DNA of 64,000 nucleotides from Pecten maximus (Eukaryota): NCBI RefSeq assembly GCF_902652985.1, contig NC_047031.1:30938001-31002000 (forward strand), read 5' to 3'. Numbering within the stretch: position 1 is the stretch's first letter; every line of letters starts with the position of its first letter. Position numbers and translations under genes: made by a program. Shown in pieces: positions 27,201 to 39,927 of the stretch. The notes under the pieces were generated by a model that saw only the letters and a list, made by a program, of their open reading frames with translations, had not been told where the DNA came from and ran no database searches.

Positions 27201-30200
27201 TGCTGACAACTTGCCGATTAAAGTTTCTTTGACAGACCTGATATCGTTGGCCATCGATCCAGTGACGTCAATAACAAAACCCATTGTCAGTTCATGAGTC
27301 ACTCTTTTTAATTTGAATATGTTCTTCATGATCGCCGTGTTAACCCCTCTAAGAAAACCTGTCGCTTTAAACAGCACAAAAAATACAAATTAATACATTT
27401 TACATCTTTTTGAAAAGTAATCATATACTTAGCAAGTATCATTGGTAATATGTGGGATGAAAATAAAGGCTATTCTTATCCTGGCATATATTATTCGTAA
27501 CGATGATATCCAGTTCTATAAAAACAATAATTACAAATAGCTATCATGTATAATTAAGTATCATATAGAATGATAATCACTATGAATCATTAGTAGTGTA
27601 TCCTTAATTGTCTTAGAAAGGTTTCCAGGATTGATTCCTGACTTAATTCATGAGTTTGAATTATATGAAATAGATAAAAATAATTTTTGAAATGCTGCTT
27701 TTTTTCTATGCTTTTTTGTTTGTTTTTTTTTTGTTTTTTGCTTTTTGTTTTTTTTTGTTTTAAAATATAACTCATGTGAAGTAGTGTATACATTTGAAAA
27801 TAACTTTTGGAAAAAAGTCTAAATAATATAAATCAAATAACACAGGTATATAAGTAAAGCATACTGGCGTCAATGAAGAACGCTTCCGTCGCTCTGACCG
27901 CCGTCAGTCCGGAAATGTTGTGTAGATGCGCGTGCGGAGACCAGGTCCAATCCGGAGTCTCCTTGTTTATCCCTCCAGTTGCTGCTGTGTTCTTCCCGAA
28001 GTCATTCACTCCACCGTGACTACATTTACCCTCAGTAGCGAGAGGATCGGCTGATAATTATGTTAAAAGATAATTCATCATATATTTGTTATCGCCAGAA
28101 TGGGAATTACAAGTAAGTTACCAAATTTAAAATGATGTTGTAAAAACAAAACAACGAATATAACCTTGTTTTTATTTTGCTGATGTTTCTCACAGCAATG
28201 CTATTTCTTGCAAACATCCATATACGCGTTCCTTCATATTCAATGTGTATGCATTATACTTTAAGAATCTACAATGTCAATACATACATTCGGGTGTCTT
28301 GATGGTTAGATAAATGTCGTGTACCAGTTAGAAAATGGTCTTTTCAAGACTTGTTGGGGCACCATGATCACGGAAGTTTATTGCATTTTAAGCTGCAAAA
28401 TCACGTACTTGTTAGAATAATCTGACTGAGACAAGTACTATATCAAATTCAGAAATAGTTAGAATTTATATGACAATATATATATATATGTGATGTTTTT
28501 CTAGTTCAGAAGCAACTGTGAATCCTTTGCAAAGTAGGGCGAAATGTAAAATTCGTCATCGAAACGTGAGTTTTTGCTCATATTAAATTATCAAAGCAGT
28601 CTAGTGTTTATCTTTGATACCAAAAAGACTCCCCTGCTTTTAAGCAATCTCTCAGCCTTATAATATTTAGAAAGGCAAAGAATGCCAAGCTTTAGAGCTC
28701 GCCAAACTTTGTGAAGGCTTTATGAAATTAACGTAATCTTATAAATGTTTTAATACGATTTGAATTATTTCTGGACTAGACTTTTTTTCAGATTGTATTT
28801 ATAAATAAATAATTTTGTAGCTGAATGCCACTACTATATTCTGTGATTATTCCCTAACGGGTACGTGACAGTATAGATGTATGTGTGGCCATCCTGAACG
28901 GAAGTCGAGGAAATCAAAATGAATTGATATGTACCGATAAAATTAAGGTAACAATGTAATCAGATACTCCTAAACCATCCGATTATGACACTTTTATTCC
29001 TAAATATCTTTATTTACACAAGGACACTAAAAATATTAACAAAAAAACACCAATATGTTAATTTTCATGATCAATGATTTTGAGAATTTGAAAAAACGGA
29101 ATGGACAACTTTAAAGTTTGTTCTTATGTTCTTGCTGACGTAAAATATGTTCAGTCGATTTTTACAGTAAAAATAAAATCTTGGTCGAGAAGGATCAGTT
29201 AAGGATCATCTATATAGCAGAATAATGTTGAATTTCAAACACGAATAAATATCTTAAAATTTGCACAAAAATAGTCATGTTATATACCAAAATGTTTTTG
29301 TGGACATGTAGTGTCTTAAAATCACAAATAATTTGATGTAGATGCTAACAATTTCTTCTATAGAGTTACTTTGTGGTAAGTTGTAGCATGGAATAATTCT
29401 AAGTCACAAAAATAACCAAACCTGAAAAATAGCCCAGCTGTCATGCTCACAAGTGTCCATAGCACAGGGTAGGAGCATTTGTTTGACCGGATTTGACTTT
29501 ATGTACGTATAAACACATATTTTGTTTTGACCTTGAAATGCAAATGGCGGCTGTGGACGATATTACACAAATATGGCATAAAGGGAGGCATTTCAGCCAT
29601 TGAAAATGCTCCTATATCATACTTTTAAAAACATCTGATTATAGTAAGAATGGACTATTTAAGACAAATTGTCAAACTGATGAGTTTTGGGCCTTTTTCA
29701 GAAATATATATCTTTTACCCCAAACTCAACGGATGAACGGTCCTAAAAACAGTCTTCCTACCATGTCTAGAGTTTCTCTATAGTATCTAATATGAGCATT
29801 TTTGACGTTTGAAATACCTTTTTATATGCCATGATTGTGTGATATTACTCATAACCGCCGTTTGCATTTCAAGGTCTAAATAAAATCAGTGTTAATACAT
29901 ATCATAAATTCCAACCTAGTCAAACCAATGCTCCTATTTTGTGCTTTAGACCCTTGTTAACAAAACGCCATGACTGTTTTGCACAATAAATGCGATACAA
30001 ATGTGTGAATCATGTCCCCCTGAAACATGCATTTTTCTCATGTTTTCTTGAAATGTACGAACTACTGAACAAATTAAATGTCAACAGCAAGGCCCACAGT
30101 TTGACATGATGCATATCAAAGTTTTATCAAGTTACTTCTATTAAATTGCACCCCAGTAGGGATGTATAGCCTTGTAAAATAGCAACAGTTTTGGCTGGAT

Positions 30201-33200
30201 TTGCTGTTTAGATGCCCCTTAATGAATATGATAGGTCTAGAGTTCTAAGGATATAAATCGAGGGTCACGTTTTGATTTTTTAAATATTGCCGGTTTAATC
30301 TATTATATAATTATTAAAGGATATCCTTACTTTAAATACTGGTAAGATGTAAAGTTAACCTACGGCCGTACAGGTATTGGTTACACAGGGAGGTTTTTGT
30401 GGTTGCTAAGGCAACACTAAGTGACATTAAATGATGATGTGATGGCGTCCGTGTAATGATGACCACGTATCGTGAGAATCAAAAATATTAGCAATTATTC
30501 CGCAACCGCTAAAAGTGTTACAGAAACTATTTTGCAATCTCACATGAAAGGAAATTGATATATCGATGCCATTTATTATAATGATATATATTTTGACACC
30601 AAACAGACTCACCTGTTGGTTTCGGATAGTGCAGTTGACCATACAGATAGCCACTGGTCAAACGGTCGTGGACCAGCAAGTTGTTGTTACAGGAACTACA
30701 AAAATAATACATGGAAGGTGTAATGTAAACAAATTTACATTGACTGTGTCGTCTCTTGCATATATTAGCACACAATGCAATTATGAACCTAGCAAATAGT
30801 CATAATGAACCGAATACAAATCGACAATGAACTCAAGACAAATACAAAATGAACCGTGCATAAATACAAAATCAACCCAGCACAAATACGTTATGTTCCG
30901 AACACAAATACATAATGAATGGACCATGCACAAGTGCATTATAAACAGAGCACAAATTCATAATAAATTATCTAAAAACACATAATGAATCCAGCACAAA
31001 TACACCGATTGCAAATATGTTCAATGTTAAAATTAAACAACATAGTTTAGTGTAGGTTATACCAAACTACGTCATAGAGTTATTTTTGCTTGTTTGATAA
31101 GTGCCAGAATTCAAAGGTTGGAAATCTAGATTGTCTATCACGCGATAAAGACTAAGGAAAGGCATATATATTACTGTATAGTTATAAACTTCCAGGCGAA
31201 AATATTTCGAAGTTGTCCAAGTCGGAACTTATTCGTATGTATTAAGTTTCGCACAACACCGATTTGTAAATATTCTGCAGTAACGTTTGTATGAATTGCT
31301 TTGTGTATGTTAATATTACGAAGGGTATTCATTAACGGGCTATAATCAATTGGCCCCAAAGTTAGCGAAACCAAATCTCAACCAAAAACAGCCAACTATA
31401 CAGTAATCATATTAATACAGAAGAATTTTCTGGTCAATACTGACACATGTAATTATATCTGAGTGTCAATACTATTCAAACGACAGATTTTGAAATAGAA
31501 CTGATAGCTTATCTTAGCTGTTATTAATTCATTTAGCTTTTACATCACCTAGCAATCTACATTTAATCAATGAGCAGTATAAACAAGTGTCTGTTATTGT
31601 CTGATAATTGGTCCGTTCTTATCATACTTAATAATGAAAAGGTTGTTATTTCATATTAGAAGTTGAGAACAGTAACTAAACGTAATGATGGACCTAGAGA
31701 CGGACAACACGCCTTTCAATGCCGTCCTGCTCTCAATAGGGACAAAGGAAGATTGAGAATTTAAGACGTAAATATCAACCAAACGACTTACCTAGCCACG
31801 GTATCGTCACAGTTACGGCAGGTCACAGTACCTGGTGCGGCAACTTTCACATTAAAGGCGTCAAGAGTTCCTTTGGAAAAAAGTACAGAAACACTGTTTA
31901 TGGATATTTTACATTTCAACACAAATATGTTATGCAGCATCATTTACTCACAGGTTGAACAACGAAAAGATGCTACAAGTTATACGATATCCTGGCGTTT
32001 TAATTGTCTACTTGGTAACTTTCAAATTAAAGGCGGAGAGAGTTCCTTTGTAAAAAGAGTGAAGAAACAATGTCTACGGATATTGCACAAATCATGAATT
32101 ATGTAAAAGTATCTCTTGATTTTTTTTTTACATCAAGACTCGATTTAATCTTACTTTCTATTCATCTTGCTCCATAAACATGGCATTTTTAAAATAACAA
32201 AATACCTAAGTCTATGAAACAAATACCAATAAGATATAAGATAACATGCGTTTCAAATTCCAGTATAGCATTATCAAACCAGGTGTTTCTTAAGCATTGA
32301 ACTGCTTTCTGTTGGAAGTTATGGGCTGATGAATGCCAACTGGACAAAGGCAAATTTCATGAAGCGCTAGCTAGCGCTTCATGTTGAATTTGCCTTTGTC
32401 CAGTTGGCATTCATCAGCCCATAACTTCCAACTGAAAGCAGTTCAATGCTTATATTTACATTTGACAACGTTTTTTTAAAGACTATATCCAGGAAGTTTG
32501 CTCCGACAATGAATGAACAAATTATTATCGTCAAAGACGGAACAGCCTTTTCAACAGCCATCTTTCGTTATCGCCGACGTGACAATTATGACGTCACTAT
32601 ATTAATGACGTCATAATAAAGACTTGGAAGTTATGGACTCATAACTTCCAAGTGAGCTTGATAAAGTTATATAGTGGGGCTGCAGTGTAAATGTAAATAT
32701 TAAAGAGTGAGCGTCTCTGCTTCATCGATGACATCCACCATACAAATCTAGGTCAAATCCAGATAAAGTCAAATTCTTAAATTGAGAACTAGTGTAGTGA
32801 CAATGTAATCACTGGACAATCAACAAGCATCCAAACACGGCTGACATTTATGACGACGGATAGTTGCCCTTAAATCGCTTGATATTTTAACATTACTGCT
32901 GGACGCGTTTCGTAGGTGTTGTTATACCTTCTTTTTCGAGTACATATTAATCTAATGATGACACAAATGTATTACTACATGTAAAAACTATATCAAATTA
33001 CGATATAAGATAACATATATAATGAACTCTAGCACAGGTGCTTGATTCAAAGTATTATGCAGTATATTATCTTATTTCTCGGACGGTCGGGGTTCGATTC
33101 CTCGATCGAAGTTGAAAATGTTAACGATCACTGACCAACCACGTGGTTTTTCTCCATGCGGGCCAACACGCGTGATTAATATAAGTTGATATGTCAGACT

Positions 33201-36200
33201 TACAGTATGAAAAACAAAAACATACAATGCTACAGGTTATACGATATCCTAGCGTGTAATGGTCTACTAAATAACTAATAATGTAAGTATTACTATTATA
33301 AATAATTGCAAATTTTTGCAGAAAACTTAAACATAACACAGAGAACAAGATTAGAGCCAAGCTTTTCGAACATTGGTAAAAATTAACAGCTTAACAACAA
33401 TTTTAAGATTCTGCAAAAAATCCTGTCGGGTAAAACCATTTCCACATTTTTTTAAAAAACCATACCACTAATTAGTCTCTTCCTACCTGCTGATACACAT
33501 AATCAGGTTTGAACAAGTGGATCCAAATGACGTTAATAATAACATAGAGGAACAATTTCAACTTGTTACCAGCACTGTATAATAATAGAATATGCTGTTT
33601 ATAGTATAACAAAGAGACACAATTTAAACTTATTACAAGTATGATAACAATACGATATGCTGTTTATAATATAACAAAGAGACACAATTTTGGAGAAAAT
33701 AAGAATTGATGTCCGATGAAACACCATCTAAAAATACCCCTCTGATCTCTATATATCATTGCATGTACACTCACCGAAATTTAGGTAGGTCTCTCCACCA
33801 TTCACCATCATCTCTATCCAGTTCGTGTTACTGTAGAAGGACTGGATGATCATTAAACACTTCCCCACTTTATCCACCATAATGTTCATCTTCGCATCAT
33901 TTAACGGTCCTGATGATAGGATGGACGCTATCTCTAATCGCGTTGCCTGGACAAGACTGTCAGCTGTGCAATGAGAAAAAAGTCGATTTACATAAAAATA
34001 CTTGTATACAATAAACATGATCTCAATTTTAATCGAATCCACTCCAAACGTTGGCCAAGCTTTTGCCAGTCTTATATATATTGCTTTATAACCCGTTTCA
34101 TACAAGCGTTGTACGATAAAATAATTAGCGTTTATAAGGAAGGTTATGCCATTTGTTAATTTTAGTTTTTATTTAATATACGGGATATCCTAACGTTAAG
34201 GTTTCGTCAATGGTGGTTTGCTGCTTTTAATGTATGCATTGATTGAAGAGCAAGAAAAGTTTTGATTATTTTAACACAAAGTTAACTGAGGATTAATTCA
34301 TTTACTGCGTTATAATGAAACACGTTTATTACTTCAATTAATACCTCGATACCAGAACTATAGAGAATAAACGGAATACCATTCAAATACTCAATAGTGG
34401 TTCATAATATCAACTGATTGTATAAATATGATTTTAGAAAGACCATTAAAAGCATGTACTTTATCGACTGTGACTCATTATATCAACTTATTGTATAACT
34501 GTAATTTTAGGGGGAAATGGAACTCTTTATCAACAGTATTTCATAAAATCAACTTAATGTATCAATATCACTTTAGAGAGACCGTTAAAGTTATGTACTT
34601 TATCGACTGTGACTCATAATATCATCTGATTCCACATGTGTAATTTAAGGGAGACCATTCGAATATTTTATTGCCAGTGATTCATAATAAAATTCATTGT
34701 GTAACTGCAATTAAAGAGAGACCATTTGAGTCCTTAACCAAACAAATGTTCACAATATAAACTAATTATTTAACTACAAAAACATGGTACATGTAAACAA
34801 ATTTGCGTACCACGCAATTGTGTGTACCAATCAGAAAGACATCTAAATAGAAAACACAACATATCCACAAACCTTCCGCTATCCTCTCAGAGTTGACGGT
34901 GTATTCCGGGTTGGTATGGTATGTTCTGTAGACCTTCATTACGGCTGCCGCGAACTCCTTACCTCTTTTTTGGTATTCTTTGTAACTGTTTGTATCTGTA
35001 ATATTATATTATTATAATATTATGTGTAACAAAAATTGCAGATCAATTCGACTTATTACATCAGATTAAAACTATATAAAAGTGTGCAAATCTTAAAACA
35101 ACACGAAAGAAATCGTAAAACATATCGACAATGATAATTGATATTTTATCAATTTCGATTTTAAGGTGGTAACACATATCTGTTTTAGCAGCAGAATAAC
35201 AGTGCTTTTTCTGTGTAATAATATGTCAGAATCGCGCTATCAAAAGGTAACTTATTTTGATATGTCCAACTAAGCAATGTTACTAGGTTGACATATCAGA
35301 TCGTATTCAACTTCGCTTAAATTAGAGTGGTAAAAAACGTTGGCCTCTTAGGTCGTGTTATAATGTGACCTAGACTGTTTTGCTGTGGAAATAAAATAAA
35401 ATAGGAACATATAAACAAAAATTAAAAGAAGAAGAAAAAGACTATTCCGAAATAAGTGGTACTTTTTTCACCTTTTCAATGATTTCTGTGTGAAGGTATC
35501 TTCTGTATAAATGTACCATGGTTTATAGAATCTTCGGAATTCCCTTTTATAAAGATTCCGTTTACAACTGTACATAATCTTGCAATTAGCAAACATTATA
35601 ATCCTTGGCGGTATTACAACTAAAGAATCATGATCTGTCGTTTCAGAAATTATATACAATATCCGAATTTTAGTAACCGTCTTTCCCTGCATTCAGTAAA
35701 TAGGTATGGTTTTATCTAAATGTGTCATAATATTTCGTTTGTTTTCATATTCATTGTTGTATTAGCTGTGATCAAGGGTACATCGTATCTCGATCATGAC
35801 ACTTCATGCAAATATGTACTATACTTTGCTATAATATCACTTCATTATCCGTGTCAGATTTGTTCCAGATATATTATCTCAAAGATAAGATACATAGAAC
35901 TGTCGATCACACATCTCAAGAAGGAATTACTCCTGGTTAACAGCACTTATATACTTAATCGTAATCTAGGCCGGAATATGTGTCATTAAATTGAGCTATA
36001 TTAGGAAACCCATACCTTAATGGTGTCATCGGTTAAGTTAAGGTAAAGTAAACCCTTTGTTCTTGTCCTAAAAAAATACAAATCGGTTATTGGGGAAAAG
36101 TGTTAGAGAAACCCAGATTACTAGCATGTAATGATTGGTAAATATATATATATATATGTTTTGTATGTGTGCCATGATGAATTGCGGTTCGTTGTAGTTA

Positions 36201-36570
36201 GACATTATTGGATGGTAAGTCTGATTACAATGAACATATTACTTCCTCTATGCCCTGAATGACTTTATAAAAATAAGTTATAATGTCGAATATGTATTTT
36301 AATTAATGACGTAATGACTAAAAACCAGACAGTTGTACAATACATACCTGATCCGAAATATTCTTTGAAAATGTCTTTAGGATCAGTCTTTGCTGTGTTT
36401 AATTGACCGCTAGATGTCAGAAACTTGGCGGCCGCCCTCTCCACTCCCTCCAGAGTAATACTCTCGTGAGTGTACATAGAGGGGTCATCTCCTTGACCAA
36501 TGGTCGGCTTAAACGCCAAAGTTCCAACAGCAAGAAATGAACAGAGACACAGCAGGAACAATGACATCAT
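12195..36570 (-). CDS. VWA7-like type I membrane protein, paralogue A (20 exons, ~1006 aa)
   Basis: Exons (GT-AG, phases consistent, total 3021 nt): 36570-36348, 34995-34873, 33963-33775, 31870-31792, 30695-30613, 28050-27865, 27364-27143, 26542-26423, 26167-26003, 25023-24905, 24159-24000, 18157-18084, 17477-17324, 16798-16629, 16522-16411, 15111-14913, 14270-14201, 13760-13576, 12943-12787, 12425-12195. Signal peptide MMSLFLLCLCSFLAVGTLA|FKP. VWA7 motifs THESIT, QSFYSNTNWIE, LTSGY, KCSHGG, GGINKE, SPHAHLH. VWA motifs FVIDVTGSM, FSDP, GGGDCPE, IYIATDADAKD. TM VWPVVGAVVGSAVAIVVGVIVVITY. Exon sizes match paralogues B and C. Confidence 0.9.
13195..13485. repeat. 35-bp tandem repeat, ~8 copies (intron of gene A)
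   Basis: Unit ~GGAATTCAGTATGTCAAAGTATGGAAATCGAGATG; explains spurious ORF 13255..13452. Confidence 0.85.
15678..16104. mobile_element. Hairpin-ended non-autonomous element
   Basis: Imperfect palindrome 15678-15814, then TTTATTACATTT, with its inverse AAATGTAATAAA at 16093-16104. Confidence 0.5.
18460..18750. repeat. C/T-rich ~35-bp tandem repeat
   Basis: Unit ~CCGTCCTCCCTCCCACTCCCAGCCCTTCTGTCGTA; source of the Pro/Ser-rich spurious ORFs. Confidence 0.8.
22280..24009. repeat. 50/56-bp minisatellite with a 106-bp higher-order dimer, ~33 monomers
   Basis: Unit TTTACCATTGAGTAGTAGTAATTGTATAATTATATAGGACAAATAGAGTG. The dimer starts at 23359, 23465, 23571, 23677, 23783, 23889 and 23995; the last copy is the gene A exon 11/intron junction. 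Confidence 0.95.
25353..25549. mobile_element. Fold-back MITE (~200 bp palindrome)
   Basis: AAATGTAAC..GACGGGATT...ATAAATAAATATGTCAAT arm inverted as ATTGACATATTTATTTAT...AATCCCGTC..GTTACATTT. Confidence 0.65.
25695..25907 (-). mobile_element. tRNA-derived V-SINE, full-length copy in an intron of gene A
   Basis: Reverse strand reads GGGGCCGCGGTGGCCGAGTGG...GAGTTCGAAGCC (A and B boxes), followed by the same body as 420-637. Confidence 0.82.
29199..30222. mobile_element. Kolobok-like non-autonomous DNA element with TTAA ends
   Basis: Left end TTAAGGATCATCTATATAGCAG; right end (reverse complement) TTAAGGGGCATCTAAACAGCAA. Internal inverted arms ~29450-29620 and ~29790-29960. Confidence 0.5.
32291..32700. 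mobile_element. Hairpin-ended non-autonomous element
   Basis: Near-perfect palindrome 32291-32452 centred on GCGCTAGCTAGCGC, then ATATTTACATTT, with its inverse AAATGTAAATAT at 32689-32700. Confidence 0.65.
34395..34775. repeat. Degenerate 66-73 bp tandem repeat, ~6 copies
   Basis: TCATAATATCAACT-like motif at 34402, 34475, 34541, 34614, 34682 and 34750. Confidence 0.65.
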
Positions 36571-39500
36571 GTATTATAACGCCTTGTTGATTTTCACATA
36601 TTCCGACTCTAAATGTGCTGGTGTAGTACCGGTACGGCTGTTTCCTACAGACTCTACAAGGTTGAATGTCCCTTGCTACCTAATACCGACTCTGCTAGGG
36701 AGAAATTCTCTTAGCTCATTCGTAATGCGTGCTCCAATAAGCCTAAGTATCCCGGACTTGATTTTGCAGAGAATACAGTGCTTACGCAATGCTCATGATA
36801 TTCCTACTTGGGTCAATATTTAATCCAATGATACGTGAGGTATATGGTGTCCACTGCGGTGATTCAAACAGACATTCTTTCTATAGAAAGTCCCCTATGG
36901 GTTATATAGAGAAAAACGGGTATGTCTCTCATAGATAAAAAGTAGAAATATTTACAGGTGCCCGTGCTCAATTAAATCAAACTTCAAATTGTTTTGTCCT
37001 TTTGACAGGTGAATTCCTATGTCAATAACTAAGGAGATAACGAACCTGGGTTTTAACTTATGAACTTCCCTGTCACAACGATTGGTTAAAACCCTTATCG
37101 ATTTCCCTCTCAGTGGCATAGGACAACTAGACAAGAACTTCACAGAAAAGTAGTAAAGATAATGTATTGATTGGAAGGACGTTTCCAGGTTTTGCCTTTA
37201 GAATATAAAATTAAACTTATTTCGCATTGATCTAAATTGAAATTTTCTCTTTTTCTTTGATGTCTAGCTTACTTTCATCTAACTTTAACGAATTACCTAC
37301 ATTAAATATCATTTAAATCATTTTTTTGTATTATATTAAAGCAAAGCAAATTATTCCAATTTGAATAACAAAACGATTAAAATACATCCTGGTAATATCA
37401 TAGGAGACGAAAAAAATGTCAGAGAAGTAACCACTATGTATATTAAATTAATTATGTTAGATTGACAAGGATAGCACACGTATTAATTGGTCAAAATACT
37501 AGTTGAAGATACAATTTTAGGCATGCTTTCTGCAAGACTATATATATTGTTGAGATTTTGAGTCCCGCAATAATCAGGAGCATATTAGGACATGTTTCCA
37601 AGGACAAATTGACAGCAGTCAACAGATCGCCAACAGGAAGAGTAGGTAAGTAGCAAGCCGAGATTTATATCAATTAATCTATACCCGATGACCATTTCCT
37701 GGTAGGTAGGGCGTCATACGAGTACTTGTATCTTCAGTCTATTTTTCATATGTATGATTCATAAAAAGGTTCTTTGTAATGTCATTATGTCCCATTTGAC
37801 AGCCTATCCCGACCAATCATTGATTAAACGTTCGTCCATTTTATCAAAGATTATGGTTCTGCTTCCTGACTAAGCCAGTCCCAATATATAAATCCGTGCT
37901 TACCTTTTTCTGCTTGAGGTTTATCTGTTGGCATTAAAGACCAGTTTACTTGTAGTTCATTGTTTGAAAATGGCGTCATAATGCATATGTTTCGATTATG
38001 ACATTTGGGGACAGTTTATAATTTCATGTTAATTATATTTTTACCCCCTCTCGAAAACTTAATATTTTAGGCCAGTATGTATGTGCTACCAATTGTGATA
38101 AATTATGGGTGCGTAAGGTACACCTCAACGTAGATTATATCTGACAAACATCGTGTTTGAACGATCACGTAACCTACCTACAAATTACGATTTTTTTTCT
38201 CTCAAATGTTTCCAGACTATCCCAGCTTCGACGCTCTTTTAACCTTAACAAAACATACCTATAACTCATTCGACGTAGGCCAGCGTATCTGACAATTCTG
38301 ATATGTCGGCGTTCTCTGGCTACACCTCTCTGACGATGTCTTGACAGATGAAACGGGATGTTTAATATTTGTAATGTTAACAATAAAATCAAAAAAGTAA
38401 GTAGTGTTGTTAAAAAAAGTTATTCTAATAAAAAAAGTAGGTAATTGAAAATAAGATAAAAAAATGCATATGTATATATATATATATATAGATTTGTAAT
38501 AACAAATACTAAATTACTTCTTTGCCCCATATAGATTTGTATAGAAACATGTTACCATTTGAAACATACAAGGATAATAAGACTATGTGGTCTTATGACT
38601 CCCTGCAATAAGTCATGTGAACGTAGCTAAACCTATGTCTGCTGCATTGCAGACTTCTATTGGGTTTGATTTTGTGTATCTTGACGTTGATCCAATTGCA
38701 TGTTTGGGTTTTTTTTGTAAGAACTTTGTCTTTATACATAGGCATCATAAGTGCCCTATACATTCAGGGTAAGATAGTGAACGCGTCAGGGCAAGATTAT
38801 CTCCACTTGTTTGTATTCTGTTGAAATTAATAATCTGATAAATGACATATTTCGCTGTCAATATAGTAATATTATATTCCCTAACCAAATAAATAGATAT
38901 TCAGTGGGCTCTGTCTAAACCGGACTCTGTCAAATACGGATATAAGTCTAAACCTGTCGAATGATTTAGCCCCGGAAAATTTCTGTTCTATCTATCATAG
39001 TTATCTATGTCTGAAAACCGGACTCTGTCCAATAAGGATCTTTGACTAAACCGATAAAATAATTTAGCCCCGGAAAATCCCCCTTTATCTATATCAATTT
39101 ATGTTTGTGTAATCGGTAATCCCGCCAAGTTTCAGAATTCCATTCCTTCTTTACATGCATATTTTTTATCTGATTTTGTTTTTGCCACCCACGTGTTTTT
39201 ACATGCTAAGGTAGTAAATGAATCACCATGACCATAGGCTTTCTATGGACCGTTTAACTCAAACAAACAAATCCTTATCCTCACTTGTTTTCTAAACGAC
39301 ATTGACATCAACCGAGTGCCACTTAATCAGGTGTTATTCAAATCGAAATTTGTGAGTGATAAATTAGATGATACCCGGTAACGGTGTTACAGCACGTGTT
39401 ATTTAGTTGTCAATAAAGCCACCCGGGTAAACAAGTGTTAAACATGTTGGAATTAACCCAAATAACATAAACCAAGCTCGACATAGCATCGACGAAATTA

Positions 39501-39792
39501 TCAACATGTTGCAATATCAATACTATATGGACTTTCTTCAGATGTGATCTATTGACATGTAATTTAACAATATTTTTTAATATTCATTCAAGTTTGCATA
39601 TATCTCTTATAATTTGGGATCGGAAATCAAGCCTAAAGCTCATATTAACTCCTCTGTTTGGCCATTGTATCATACCAGACTTTATTTTCCTCACAGAAAT
39701 TTGTTTATTAACTTAATCACTTGTCGGCCCGGTCGGGTGGCTACACACTTGCCTTTTACGTAGGTGTCAGAGGCTCGATTATCTGTTCATTG

Positions 39793-39927
39793 TCTGTTTG
39801 TTTGTTTGTTTGTTTTTAATCAATAGCCAGGGTCATTTAAGGACGAAGTTTGTGAGGTAGAGGGGAGCCGCAGTACCCGGAACCACCGGTCTTCGGTCAG
39901 CATCTGGCAACTGCCCCACGTAGGTTT
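39793..39927 (-). mobile_element. 5'-truncated V-SINE copy with (AAAC)n tail
   Basis: Shares AGCCAGGGTCATTTAAGGACG and TCGGTCAGCA..TGGCAACTGCCCCAC with the 25695 copy. Confidence 0.7.

Noticed and set aside
28288-28392. Possible extra 105-nt exon between exons 5 and 6 of gene A (AG...GT flanks)
   Set aside because: Immediate TAA in the required phase, no counterpart seen in B or C, and the model is complete without it.
38900-39085. ~100-bp direct repeat resembling a DNA-transposon end (CAGTGGGCTCTGTCTAAACCGGAC)
   Set aside because: No matching opposite terminus found; too weak to classify.
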